64,000 nt of DNA from an uncultured Alphaproteobacteria bacterium (GCA_947053455.1 CAMRSV010000001.1:1-64000), one strand, 5' to 3'; shown: positions 49,242 through 59,335, counted from the stretch's first letter. The notes: generated by a model from the sequence alone, not told the origin. A program made the numbers and translations.

Positions 49242-49868
49242 ATGGAAAAACAAGAAATAAGAACTTTTGGGCGCAGGCACGGAAAAAAACTGTCCCTGCG
49301 AAAAGAATATTTGATAGCGCACGTTTTGCCGCAAATTGCACCTGTAACCGACGCAAAAATACTTGAAATTGGTTTCGGCGCAGGCGAACATGTACGCCAA
49401 TTGTCGTCGGATAATCCAGACACTATCATCATCGGTGCAGAACCATTTATGAATGGGGTTGCCTCCCTGCTGTCGGCGATAACGGACGAAAAAACAAACT
49501 TGATTTCGCCACAGTATAAAAACATACGCATATTTGCGGACGATGTGCGCATAATGCTAAAAAAACCAAATTTTAAATTTAGCGAAATATGGGTTCTGCA
49601 CCCTGACCCGTGGCCAAAGGCAAAACATGAAAAACGCCGCCTGTTAAATGCAGAGTTTTTGACACTACTGTCAGAACATTTGGAAAAAGACGGTAAAATA
49701 ATAATAGGCACGGATCATTGGGAATATTACGAGTGGATAACTGAACGCATCCCAGAAACCCCGCTGCGCATTCTTGCAACAAATCTTGAAACAATACAAA
49801 CCCGGTACCAGTCTAAAAACATGGCCGGAACAGATGCGCCTAAATACCTAATCTTGCAAAACAGGTAA
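49242..49868 (+). CDS. trmB: tRNA m7G46 methyltransferase
   Basis: LEIGFGAGEH, G.EP, HPDPWPK.KH.KRR, TD...Y. Confidence 0.95.
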   Translation: MEKQEIRTFGRRHGKKLSLRKEYLIAHVLPQIAPVTDAKILEIGFGAGEHVRQLSSDNPDTIIIGAEPFMNGVASLLSAITDEKTNLISPQYKNIRIFADDVRIMLKKPNFKFSEIWVLHPDPWPKAKHEKRRLLNAEFLTLLSEHLEKDGKIIIGTDHWEYYEWITERIPETPLRILATNLETIQTRYQSKNMAGTDAPKYLILQNR

Positions 49869-50042
49869 CGCGTTTGAACTATAATGGCGTGGCGCTGATT
49901 TTTTGTATCTAACCGGATGTTTTGCGACGGGCGCCGTACACACATTACACGCAGGAATCACTTTCAAGTTCGATGCCACGGCGCCATCCGGCGCGACACC
50001 AGCAAAAGCAAATATAAGAAAAACACATACAACACGCATCAT
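49848..50042 (-). CDS. Small secreted hypothetical protein
   Basis: Signal-peptide-like N-terminus; ATGA coupling to the upstream gene. Confidence 0.45.
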   Translation of the reverse strand: MMRVVCVFLIFAFAGVAPDGAVASNLKVIPACNVCTAPVAKHPVRYKKSAPRHYSSNALPVLQD

Positions 50043-50758
50043 TTTCTACCCGCGGCTATAAAAAATCCGATACGATTGCATAGTTCGGGTCGCATAGATT
50101 TTACCAGCCGCAAAACCTGCTGAACACGAAAATCAGACATCGGTGCAAATAAAACGTCGCCTTCAAATTCATTGTCAAACGAATCCAACATCCCATAAAC
50201 TCGCCCTACAAAATCCGATTTATCGCCCGCATCGTCTGCAAATGCAAATATTACAGACGATGCCTTTATAGACTTTAAATTTTCAAAAACTACCGGCCAA
50301 TCGCACGGCGCTATGTCGCCCAAATCCATCCCTATTGACAATTCACGGTTAAAAAATAAATCTTCGCGTATTGCGTGAAATTCATCGACGAACCACCCCA
50401 GCATTGAAACCGGCATAAAAACCTGGGTTCCGGCGGCGCCACTGCGAAATGCCGAATTTATGCGTGCGGATAAATCCACCGCGGTATTTGTGCGTGTGGC
50501 CACACCGCTTTTTTCAACAACAAATCGTGCGATTATATCGGTATTTGTTTTTTCCAACCACGGCCACAGGGACGCGACCGCATCGGGCGCCGCAGATATT
50601 CGCCCCATATTGTTTGCCAGCACATATTCCGCCGCCACGGCCAAATCGGCCCCTTTTACATATGACGGAACCCATGCAAAAACATGCCCATCAAAATCTT
50701 CAAAAAACATATTATGTTCAATCATTATGCTTTTTACTTTATCATAAATATGATACAA
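50039..50758 (-). CDS. Hypothetical protein, possible degenerate DeoC-like TIM barrel
   Basis: IS..P..V..L...L and AF..GA...QVF recall the aldolase VCV.P..V / A...GA.EID.V pattern; no clear catalytic Lys. Confidence 0.55.
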   Translation of the reverse strand: MYHIYDKVKSIMIEHNMFFEDFDGHVFAWVPSYVKGADLAVAAEYVLANNMGRISAAPDAVASLWPWLEKTNTDIIARFVVEKSGVATRTNTAVDLSARINSAFRSGAAGTQVFMPVSMLGWFVDEFHAIREDLFFNRELSIGMDLGDIAPCDWPVVFENLKSIKASSVIFAFADDAGDKSDFVGRVYGMLDSFDNEFEGDVLFAPMSDFRVQQVLRLVKSMRPELCNRIGFFIAAGRK

Positions 50759-50768
50759 TTAAAGACAA

Positions 50769-51677
50769 ATGAGAAATAGAATAGATAATATATTGCTGGG
50801 AATATTATGGGTTCTAGCGGTGACGCTTGGAACCAGTTTTTGGTTTAACACGCAATTCGGATTCAACATGTTTTCCGACGCCCACTGGCAATATCTGGCC
50901 TATCTTCAGGCATCGCAGTCACATGTCCGACCAATGTTTTATGTGTCACTGGCGGCGGCTATATTTATATTAATATTTGGCCTATATATATTAATGCGCC
51001 CGCGGCGCCGTAAAATAAGGCTCGGTCAAAAACCAATCGTTGCAGACATGAATAAAAAGCCTGTCAACAACACGCAAACTGATGCATCAACAATAGATAT
51101 TGTAGCGGCCGAGCCCACCCCAAAGCCCGCCACTGCATCACCCGTAATTGATTCAAAACGGCCACCGCGACTAAATTTGCCACCCATAACAAATCGCGCG
51201 CCCCAACCGCATCAATCGCAACCGCTGGGCACAACAATGTTGCAGCCAAACACAAGCCCGGACGCCAATGCGGCGGAAATAAGAAAAATCTTTGAAGACG
51301 CTGGCTACTTAATAAAAAAGAACCCACAAATCGGCAACACGCGCCCCAGCCTGTTTGCAATCGGAACAAACGAGGTATTGTGGATTGGCGCATCAAATAT
51401 TTCCACGACTGATATGCGCCGCGCCATAAACAAACTGTCGAATATATTTACCGACACACTGGATAACATAGAAATAAATATTAATGGATTTGTAATAAAC
51501 GCAACCGACGCCGCAACATCAGAATTTCAAGACATACTTATGTTTGCTGATGTGAACGCCCTGCGCGACTATATGGCGGGACATCACAATCCCCCGCTGC
51601 CACCGGACGACGAAGGTAACTTTGACGCATATTCAGCATACATCGGAACAGTAATAGATTATATAGGTAAAATGTAA
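50769..51677 (+). CDS. Membrane hypothetical protein (2 TM, Pro-rich linker, globular C-domain)
   Basis: Hydropathy pattern; first gene of a tightly packed four-gene run. Confidence 0.78.
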   Translation: MRNRIDNILLGILWVLAVTLGTSFWFNTQFGFNMFSDAHWQYLAYLQASQSHVRPMFYVSLAAAIFILIFGLYILMRPRRRKIRLGQKPIVADMNKKPVNNTQTDASTIDIVAAEPTPKPATASPVIDSKRPPRLNLPPITNRAPQPHQSQPLGTTMLQPNTSPDANAAEIRKIFEDAGYLIKKNPQIGNTRPSLFAIGTNEVLWIGASNISTTDMRRAINKLSNIFTDTLDNIEININGFVINATDAATSEFQDILMFADVNALRDYMAGHHNPPLPPDDEGNFDAYSAYIGTVIDYIGKM

Positions 51678-51678
51678 A

Positions 51679-52185
51679 ATGCAAATAAACCAGTCCACGG
51701 CAGAAAAAAGAATGCGAGAGCTTGGTATGGACGACATGCCGTTGATGCAGTTATCCGTAAAGCCGGCTCGCGTTGAGGAAAACTGGTTTGCAAAATATCG
51801 GGAAACTGTTCGGAAATTTATGATGTCACTTACCGATTCGGTTGAAAGTCTGGCATTTATGAACTTGTCCCAGGATGAATTTATGTCCCTGATTATGGGA
51901 CGGGCGGTACCAGAAAATTTGTCTGTGCGTATGCGTGTGCCATTATTTTTGGGCGGCCCCATTGAAATAGACAACATGTTTTTGTGCCGTACGTTCCCAC
52001 ATTCGCATAATCTAGACAGATTTATAATTGAACAAAACGGAGCCGCAACACTATGGTTGCCGAACCCATCAAAAAAAATATATCTGCCGGCGCACACCAC
52101 AGGCGGTGGCGATGGCGGTAACGCAACCGAAGACCGCCTAGCGCAAATTGCAGCACAAATCGCCGCAGGCCGCGGTATGGAATAA
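51679..52185 (+). CDS. Degenerate HNH-like protein
   Basis: GRAVPENLSVRMRVPLFLGGPIEIDNMFLCRTFPHSHNLD aligns by eye with G..P....VHH..PL..GG.N...NL.L....PH...H. Confidence 0.6.
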   Translation: MQINQSTAEKRMRELGMDDMPLMQLSVKPARVEENWFAKYRETVRKFMMSLTDSVESLAFMNLSQDEFMSLIMGRAVPENLSVRMRVPLFLGGPIEIDNMFLCRTFPHSHNLDRFIIEQNGAATLWLPNPSKKIYLPAHTTGGGDGGNATEDRLAQIAAQIAAGRGME

Positions 52186-52194
52186 GGAATCAAA

Positions 52195-52629
52195 ATGACC
52201 AATGACGAATTCTTGTCATCTATAAAGTCACGTGGGGCATCGTTCGCACCTGGGGCGACACAACGCGATATAATATTGGCAACAAACGCGCTAATGGCAA
52301 TGCAGGCCGCCAGACTGCCGCAATATATGTCAGAAATATATACAAATGCCGGCGGAATAAATCTTGGGTCAGGATATATTTTCGGCCCAACCGAATGGAA
52401 AACTAACCGTAAAGTGCCCGTACCGTCAATCGTAAACATAAATAATGAAATCGCAAAAATTCAGTCGATGCATGGAAAAACCGTATTTGGTCGTAATGAT
52501 TTATTCTGGTTTGTATTTGACACGTTCGGCACGTGCTATATGCTGGATAACGTGGCATTGCGCGAATTACGCAAATACGACAATCCATACAAGGCTATGA
52601 CCGATTGCCTGGTTGCGGGGAAATTTTAA
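52195..52629 (+). CDS. SMI1/KNR4 (SUKH)-like protein
   Basis: PGATQRDI...LPQYMSEIY..AGG...IFG...VFG......F pattern. Confidence 0.65.
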   Translation: MTNDEFLSSIKSRGASFAPGATQRDIILATNALMAMQAARLPQYMSEIYTNAGGINLGSGYIFGPTEWKTNRKVPVPSIVNINNEIAKIQSMHGKTVFGRNDLFWFVFDTFGTCYMLDNVALRELRKYDNPYKAMTDCLVAGKF

Positions 52630-52631
52630 AG

Positions 52632-52832
52632 ATGAAAAAAATATCGGTTTCATTGTCCGGGCATCAAACCAGCATTTCGCTGGAACCCGAATTCATAGAT
52701 ACATTGCATGAAATTGCAGGCGCCCAAAATCGACCAGTTGGCGCAATAATAAATGAAATTGATAAAACACGTGGGCGAACAAACCTGTCGTCCGCTGTGC
52801 GTGTATGGATTTTGAAAAACAAACATTCCTGA
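52632..52832 (+). CDS. Ribbon-helix-helix (RHH_4) protein
   Basis: K.SVSLSGHQTSISLEPEF...L..IA......II..ID..R...NLSSAVRVWIL. Confidence 0.9.
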   Translation: MKKISVSLSGHQTSISLEPEFIDTLHEIAGAQNRPVGAIINEIDKTRGRTNLSSAVRVWILKNKHS

Positions 52833-52873
52833 CAATAATCTATTTTAACACCAGCTAATGTGACATCTATTTT

Positions 52874-54844
52874 TTAATCAGATTTTGCGCGTGCCCCACA
52901 AATCGCACCAATACAGGAAACAATCAAAATAATTATCATCCATGCATTTCTCCCAACCACCCGATATGGGGTCAAATGCGCCGTGCCGACATTTCCGTCA
53001 AGCACCCCTGGGGAACCGACCGGCAAATATGACACCACCCGACCCGCCGCATCAACAAATGCACTTATTCCAGAATAATTCGCCCGAACAATCGGCGTGC
53101 CCGATTCAATCGCATAACGACGAACCATATCCAAATGCTGATAAACGCCGGGCGTGTTGCCGAACCATGTATCATTTGTTATGTTTACAATCGCATCGGG
53201 CATCGCACCACGTGGTATCAGGGAATCAGAAAAAATGATTTCATAACAAATTGCGGGCGCAAATGTAAATTCGCCACCATTGGTCTTGATAGAAATTATT
53301 TCTGGGCCTTTGCCGCGGTTTAAATCCGCGGGCGACGGCATGATTCCGCCCAATGGTGAATATTCGCCGAACGGCACCAGGTGCGATTTGTTGTATATTT
53401 TTTGAACCATGCCATCCGCATCAGCCACAATCATTGAATTATAAAGTTTCGAATCCAAAAATGCAGTCGCCCCCAATACGACGGGACGTTTCAAGGCACG
53501 CGACATCGGCATGTCATTATCAACTACGACAAATGGGTATGTCGTTTCTGGAAAAATTATAATATCCGGATTCCCACCCGCGGCGGCCAAATCAATTAAT
53601 TTCACAACGCCCCGCTCTGCACTGGCGATGCGTTCGGCACGAGATGCGCCATACGATATCTTCTCGGACTGGGCGCGTGCCGGTTGAACAATACGAATTG
53701 TTACTGATGATGGAACATTATCAAAGTTTGACTTTCGAATATTTTCATATCCAAAAATGGCGCCACCAATCAATGCAGCAACAAAAAAAATCGCGGAAAT
53801 CATGCACATACGACATTTTCTATTACCTATAAAATCAACCGCCGCCGCAATCAGACCGACAATTATAAACGTAAGTCCCAATGCACCCCACAACGACATT
53901 GAATTTGCAATCACAGGATATGGCATTGCAATGTTTGCGACCGGATTCCATGGGAACCCTGTTAGCACCCATTCGCGCATCCACAACACCAATGTCCAAG
54001 AACCTGCGAAAACAAATGCCCGAGATGCAACCGACGCAAAATGCGCAGCCATAACAAATGGAATTGCAAACACAACCGCCCCGGCCAACCCCATGGCCAG
54101 CAACGCCGGAACGGTCCAGACTGCAAATTCTGCGGTCAATTCTGGAACAACATAAATTGAATTTAATGCCCACCAAAACATTGCAATGGCATATCCTGCG
54201 CCAAAAGGTGCCACCCGTAAAAACGAGAGCCATATTGTTTTGCGTGTTTTCCGCATCAATATCCAATACGCGAATCCAATCCCAACAATCGTTGCAGGCC
54301 ATATATAAAATGGTGCAAAACCAAGTGCGGAAACAACGCCGCAAAAAAACGGCGCAATTATATTTAACAGCCACTTTGCACGCCGCGACACCTTGCCGGA
54401 CGCAGTAACAGTAACGTCATCCATATATGGATTTTTTAACCCTAATTTTTCCATTATTTTTATTTCGAATGATTCCATAATTTCTGCATCATCATCTTTG
54501 ATATGATCATACCCCTGCAGGTGCAGCATCCCATGAACCACCATGTGTGCAGTATGTTCGGCAACGGAAATTTTTGCGGCCGCCGCCTCGCGACGAACAG
54601 TATCAATAGATATATATATATCACCCATCAACACTGGGTCACCCAGTTCAAAAGACAAAACATTAGTCGGCCGGTCAATTCCGCGATAACTTTGATTCAA
54701 TTCATGAATTTCTTTGTCATTTGTCAGAATAATCGAAACTTCAGAATCTTTGTATGCAGCGCCCACCGCCATGCAGGCGATTTTTTCAAAATCTATTTTA
54801 TACTTTTTCCAACGATTATCGTTATAATTAACCCAAACCTTCAT
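52874..54844 (-). CDS. ybeY-lnt: Fused rRNA maturation RNase YbeY / apolipoprotein N-acyltransferase Lnt
   Basis: N-term LN..YR..D.PTNVLSF...GDI.IS...HGMLHLQGYDH...ME..E; C-term EW.LTGFPWN, FPET, YNS, KSHLVPFGEY, ICYE, TNDTWFG; one frame. Confidence 0.93.
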   Translation of the reverse strand: MKVWVNYNDNRWKKYKIDFEKIACMAVGAAYKDSEVSIILTNDKEIHELNQSYRGIDRPTNVLSFELGDPVLMGDIYISIDTVRREAAAAKISVAEHTAHMVVHGMLHLQGYDHIKDDDAEIMESFEIKIMEKLGLKNPYMDDVTVTASGKVSRRAKWLLNIIAPFFCGVVSALGFAPFYIWPATIVGIGFAYWILMRKTRKTIWLSFLRVAPFGAGYAIAMFWWALNSIYVVPELTAEFAVWTVPALLAMGLAGAVVFAIPFVMAAHFASVASRAFVFAGSWTLVLWMREWVLTGFPWNPVANIAMPYPVIANSMSLWGALGLTFIIVGLIAAAVDFIGNRKCRMCMISAIFFVAALIGGAIFGYENIRKSNFDNVPSSVTIRIVQPARAQSEKISYGASRAERIASAERGVVKLIDLAAAGGNPDIIIFPETTYPFVVVDNDMPMSRALKRPVVLGATAFLDSKLYNSMIVADADGMVQKIYNKSHLVPFGEYSPLGGIMPSPADLNRGKGPEIISIKTNGGEFTFAPAICYEIIFSDSLIPRGAMPDAIVNITNDTWFGNTPGVYQHLDMVRRYAIESGTPIVRANYSGISAFVDAAGRVVSYLPVGSPGVLDGNVGTAHLTPYRVVGRNAWMIIILIVSCIGAICGARAKSD

Positions 54845-54860
54845 TATTTGCCCCCAACGA

Positions 54861-56630
54861 TTATGCGGTGTAATCACCGTGCATAAAATTCACAACAGCC
54901 GCATTTTTAATTGTGTCGTCATTATGCAGTTTTTTCAATCCGGAATTAAACCCCAGCCGCTTGCCACGTGTTGTCATTTCTTTTGCGGCCTTGATGTACA
55001 TTTGCAATTTTTCAATGTCGTTAACATCACCATTTTCGTAATTATAAACTGCGTTTTCAAAATTTTTAGCAGCCTTGCGATAATTCTCGCGTGCTTTGTC
55101 CGGCATTTTACGCGACATATATATGTCACCCATCGCACGACGCGCACATCCGGCGGTATAGTAAGATTCTGCCTTGACATCACGGTCCATCAACAGGCTT
55201 TTGTTCGCGTTCATTCGACTATTACATTTTACAACAACATTTACCGCGTTTTGAAAACATTCAATATCATTGTTTTGTTCGCCCAATTTATTATACGCAT
55301 CGGCAAGTTCACTATATGCCCCCATATTATCCGCATCTATATTAATCGCCTGTTGAAACAGCTCTATTGCCCCTTTGAAATCCATTGATACAATCTTGGC
55401 GTTTCCCTGATTAAGAAGTGACATGGATTCTTCAATATTTTTTGCGAGCAAGTTATCTTTTATCGCTGTATGTGCAACAATTCCGCGATTTTTTACCACA
55501 TCAAGTATTTTTAGTCCGGCATCAAACCCGGATAAAAATTTTTCAACAGTACCGTTAACGCTGGGGCGCGTCATCACATATTTTACGGTTTGCTCCCCCA
55601 AAAGGAAATGCCCGTTTCTATAAATATTATTTATATCAACACTGGAAAACGCATCACGACGCATTTTCAACAAATCATTCGCCGTTATAATGCCGGCGGC
55701 ATACGCCGCACATACCCAACGACGCTTTAACGTACCGTCGCGCCACCTAGATGGAATTTTACCCGCAGTAAACGCATCTGCAACTTCCTGAACTGTTTTA
55801 GCACTATCTAAACGCGCGGCAATGTGCACCATATCGGATGGTCGCTGATACCCGGCCAGCAACATCGCAATCGCATGCCGGTCCGTAATATTTTTACGAT
55901 TCTTTACCGCCCTCACCAATGCAGGCATTGTGTCAAATTCAAGATGACGGCGCACCTGCTCATAATTTTCATCCTTGTCACGAACGATTGTATCGTTATC
56001 ACTCGGCGTTTGCTGCAATTTGCCGTTATTGTCATAAGAATATATCCACGTTGTCCCCAGCCCATAAGTATACCTAGATTCGCCGGCATATTTACGCGGT
56101 GTCGCACGATATGTTTCTAACTCGGTCAGTCCGACCGCAATATCAACCCAATAGGCATCTAACGACAAAACTGCACTATCAATAATTTCTTTGTCGGTGT
56201 CAGTATCATTAACAATTTCAATTTTTGCGATATTTGAATCATCACGGGCATCATCCATTAATCTGTTAGCCCCAATAACAATTCCAGACAACATCATGTA
56301 GTACGTAAGGTAAGACAATATCCACGGATTCTTTTGCATAAAATCAGAAAATTTGTCATCTGCGCGCTGTGCCTTGATTTCCGGCGTAAAGAGAGATTTA
56401 TACCCATGTTCCATTGCGCGCAGCAATACATTGTTAACAATTGCAATATCAAACGTTTTTACCATATATGAAAACAGAGACAGCAGAAAGTATCCACCAA
56501 CCTTTGCGGTTTGCCCCAGTTTTGATTCTGGATATGTCTGAAGCAATTGTCGACGGATGTTATCAATTTTTCCCGCCGCCCAATCCGGACCACGCCCGAT
56601 TTTTTCTGCAACTGTTTTTTTATTTGCCAT
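54861..56630 (-). CDS. Membrane-anchored protein with lysozyme-like (GH24) and TPR regions
   Basis: ELETYRATP...YTYGLGTT and GTLKRR recall phage lysozyme; GN......FKGAIELFQQAI.ID.DN..AY..LA.AY is TPR-like. Confidence 0.6.
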   Translation of the reverse strand: MANKKTVAEKIGRGPDWAAGKIDNIRRQLLQTYPESKLGQTAKVGGYFLLSLFSYMVKTFDIAIVNNVLLRAMEHGYKSLFTPEIKAQRADDKFSDFMQKNPWILSYLTYYMMLSGIVIGANRLMDDARDDSNIAKIEIVNDTDTDKEIIDSAVLSLDAYWVDIAVGLTELETYRATPRKYAGESRYTYGLGTTWIYSYDNNGKLQQTPSDNDTIVRDKDENYEQVRRHLEFDTMPALVRAVKNRKNITDRHAIAMLLAGYQRPSDMVHIAARLDSAKTVQEVADAFTAGKIPSRWRDGTLKRRWVCAAYAAGIITANDLLKMRRDAFSSVDINNIYRNGHFLLGEQTVKYVMTRPSVNGTVEKFLSGFDAGLKILDVVKNRGIVAHTAIKDNLLAKNIEESMSLLNQGNAKIVSMDFKGAIELFQQAINIDADNMGAYSELADAYNKLGEQNNDIECFQNAVNVVVKCNSRMNANKSLLMDRDVKAESYYTAGCARRAMGDIYMSRKMPDKARENYRKAAKNFENAVYNYENGDVNDIEKLQMYIKAAKEMTTRGKRLGFNSGLKKLHNDDTIKNAAVVNFMHGDYTA

Positions 56631-57006
56631 GTTTTACATCCCTGCCGTTTTTGCCCAAGCCGGCCTTTTTTGCAATTGTCGAACGCCGGGCGGCATATGC
56701 AGGTGCGACAAATGGATAATTATCCGGCAGCCCCCATTTTGCACGATACTGATCCGGCGACATACCAAATTTTCGCCGAATATAGCGCCGCAACATTATA
56801 TGCCACGTGCCATCTTCTAAACATTGAATCTTATCAGAACGCACACTGTCTGCAATCTGTTTTGGCGTGGCACTAGCGCCACGCAAACTATCGCGGGCGG
56901 CGCGAACCGCTTCGTCCATAGATAGGGATGGGTTTGCCGCAATTGCCGCCGCCGCCAGATTCGCCACAGCCAGCGCAAATTCAGAATTTTTATCAGTATT
57001 TACCAA
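56620..57006 (-). CDS. mucR: MucR/Ros family regulator
   Basis: I..SV..D.I.CLEDG....MLRR....GMSP.QYR.KWGLP..YP.VAP.YA..RS..AK..GLG; TTG start after AAGGTG. Confidence 0.88.
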   Translation of the reverse strand: MVNTDKNSEFALAVANLAAAAIAANPSLSMDEAVRAARDSLRGASATPKQIADSVRSDKIQCLEDGTWHIMLRRYIRRKFGMSPDQYRAKWGLPDNYPFVAPAYAARRSTIAKKAGLGKNGRDVKHGK

Positions 57007-57081
57007 TTGCCAACACCTTATTTTTTTAATAGAATTATTATACCATAAATAAAAAGCAAATAAAACAAAGTAAAACAGATT

Positions 57082-58362
57082 ATGAAAACCGATAACAGAC
57101 CACTTGCCGACCAAATGCGCCCAAACACAATTGACGATATTGTGGGTCAACGTCAATTGCTTGGGGAAAACGGCCTGGTACGAAGAATGGTTGAAAATGG
57201 TAAATTATCAAACCTGATTTTATGGGGGCCGCCGGGATGCGGCAAGACAACAATCGCACGCGCATTGGCAAATTCAGTTGATATGGATTTTGTACCGATG
57301 TCGGCAGTTTTTGCCGGAACGGCAGACATAAAAAAAACGATGGAGGCCGCAAAACTGCGGCGCGACATCGGACGCAATACGTTGTTGTTCATAGACGAAA
57401 TACATAGATTTAACAAAACACAGCAGGACACCCTTCTCCCCTATCTAGAGGATGGAACCGTAGTCTTTATGGGTGCGACAACCGAAAATCCCAGTTTTAA
57501 TTTGAATAACGCGCTGCTTTCGCGCTGTCATGTTGGCGTATTACAACCACTAGATACAGAAGATTTGGCCACCCTAATGACACGTGCCGAAGATTTTATG
57601 AAACAAAAACTTCCACTGGACGCACCGGCAAGAATTCATATTGCCGAAATGGCCGATGGGGATGCAAGGTTCTTGCTAAACACAGTGGAATATTTAATCA
57701 ATGCAAACTTTAAACGCACACTGTCGCCAGATGAACTGGACAAAGCCGTGCAAAAGCGCGCGCCGATGTCCGACAAATCCGGTGACGAACACTATAACTT
57801 GATTTCCGCCGTACACAAATCACTGCGCGCATCGGATACAGACGCGGCATTATATTGGACGGGTCGCATGATGACATCCGGCCAAGACCCAATGTATTTA
57901 TTTCGGCGACTTACACGATTTGCAATGGAAGATGTTGGCCTGGCCGATCCGAACGCATTGCAAATTGCGATAAGCGCATGGCAGGCATATGAACGCATGG
58001 GTAGTCCAGAGGGCGATTTGGCCCTGACACAACTTGTAATATATCTGGGAACTGCCCCAAAAAGTACCGCAAATTACCGTGCACAAAAGGCAGCCTATGC
58101 CGCCGCCCGCGAGAATGGCAGTTTAATGCCGCCCAAAAATATTTTGAACGCACCAACAAAAATGATGAAGGAACTTGGCTACGGCTCTGGGTATGTTTAT
58201 GAACCTGATACGGCGTCGGGTTTTTCAGGTCAAAACTGTTTTCCAGAATCCATGAAGCGACAAAAATTTTATGTTCCGATTGAACGCGGATTTGAACGCG
58301 AAATAAAAAAGCGTGTTGAATACTGGGACGGGCTGCGTGAAAAACTAAATTCAAAAAAATAA
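57082..58362 (+). CDS. rarA: Replication-associated recombination protein RarA/MgsA
   Basis: PLAD.MRP, WGPPGCGKTT, DEIHRFNK.QQD, GATTENPSF, HYNLISA.HKS.R. Confidence 0.96.
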   Translation: MKTDNRPLADQMRPNTIDDIVGQRQLLGENGLVRRMVENGKLSNLILWGPPGCGKTTIARALANSVDMDFVPMSAVFAGTADIKKTMEAAKLRRDIGRNTLLFIDEIHRFNKTQQDTLLPYLEDGTVVFMGATTENPSFNLNNALLSRCHVGVLQPLDTEDLATLMTRAEDFMKQKLPLDAPARIHIAEMADGDARFLLNTVEYLINANFKRTLSPDELDKAVQKRAPMSDKSGDEHYNLISAVHKSLRASDTDAALYWTGRMMTSGQDPMYLFRRLTRFAMEDVGLADPNALQIAISAWQAYERMGSPEGDLALTQLVIYLGTAPKSTANYRAQKAAYAAARENGSLMPPKNILNAPTKMMKELGYGSGYVYEPDTASGFSGQNCFPESMKRQKFYVPIERGFEREIKKRVEYWDGLREKLNSKK

Positions 58363-58366
58363 TAAC

Positions 58367-59335
58367 TTACAAAGTGCGCGCAAGTGCCACAGACAATTCA
58401 TTTAACATGTTCTTTACATTTGAAAAATTGTCGGTATTGGAACATGTGCACCCAACATTTGCGCGATTAATTAATCCGGTCAATGTACGCCCAGGCCCAA
58501 GTTCATATGCACGCGTAATATTATAACTTGGAAATTTTTCCATTATCTCTGCCCAACGAACACCGTGCGTCATTTGGTCCGCCAATGCATCTTTGATATC
58601 CATTGGATTTGACATCACATTTCCGGTTTGATTTGAAAACCAGTTTGTTTTCGGCGGAATAATTTCTATTTCTTCCAAATGTTTTCTTAATAATTTTTCC
58701 GCGCCACTCATCAATGCGCAATGTGCCGGCACAGAAATATTCAGGCGTTTCGCCACACGCGCCCCGTTGTGACGCGCCGCCGCCAACACCGCATCAAGCG
58801 CTTCATTTTGACCGCTTATTATAAATTGGTCACGAGCATTGTGATTTGCGATTTCAACGTAACCGTGCCCGACAGAGGCAAGCAATACTTTCTCTAGCCT
58901 CCCCTGGTCCAATCCAACAATTGCGCCCATTCCACCGCCATCCTTGTTTGTCATTGACATATATGTTGAACGCGCAGCCAATACATTAATTGCATCTTTT
59001 ATTTTCATACTATCTATGCAGTACAGCGCAGAGTACTGACCCATTGAATGTCCTGACATGGCATATGCAATTTTATACAACGGCATTGCAAATTCCGTTT
59101 CTATTATTCTGGCAATCGCAATAGAATGTGCAAACGTCGCCAATGACGTGTTTGCCGCCGTTGATAATTTATGTGCAGGTCCGTTAAAGCACATTTCGGC
59201 AATATTACAACCGGTGATTGATTCAATTTCATCAAATGTATAACGAACAACAGCAAATTCCTTAAAAATATCTTTTGCCATTCCAATATACTGGGCACCC
59301 TGTCCGGGAAAAACAAATATTATTTTTTCTTTCAT
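58367..59335 (-). CDS. fabD: Malonyl-CoA:ACP transacylase
   Basis: FPGQGAQ, GHSMGQYSAL, N.N...Q..ISG, V.AHC.LM, ELGPG..LTGL. Confidence 0.92.
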   Translation of the reverse strand: MKEKIIFVFPGQGAQYIGMAKDIFKEFAVVRYTFDEIESITGCNIAEMCFNGPAHKLSTAANTSLATFAHSIAIARIIETEFAMPLYKIAYAMSGHSMGQYSALYCIDSMKIKDAINVLAARSTYMSMTNKDGGGMGAIVGLDQGRLEKVLLASVGHGYVEIANHNARDQFIISGQNEALDAVLAAARHNGARVAKRLNISVPAHCALMSGAEKLLRKHLEEIEIIPPKTNWFSNQTGNVMSNPMDIKDALADQMTHGVRWAEIMEKFPSYNITRAYELGPGRTLTGLINRANVGCTCSNTDNFSNVKNMLNELSVALARTL

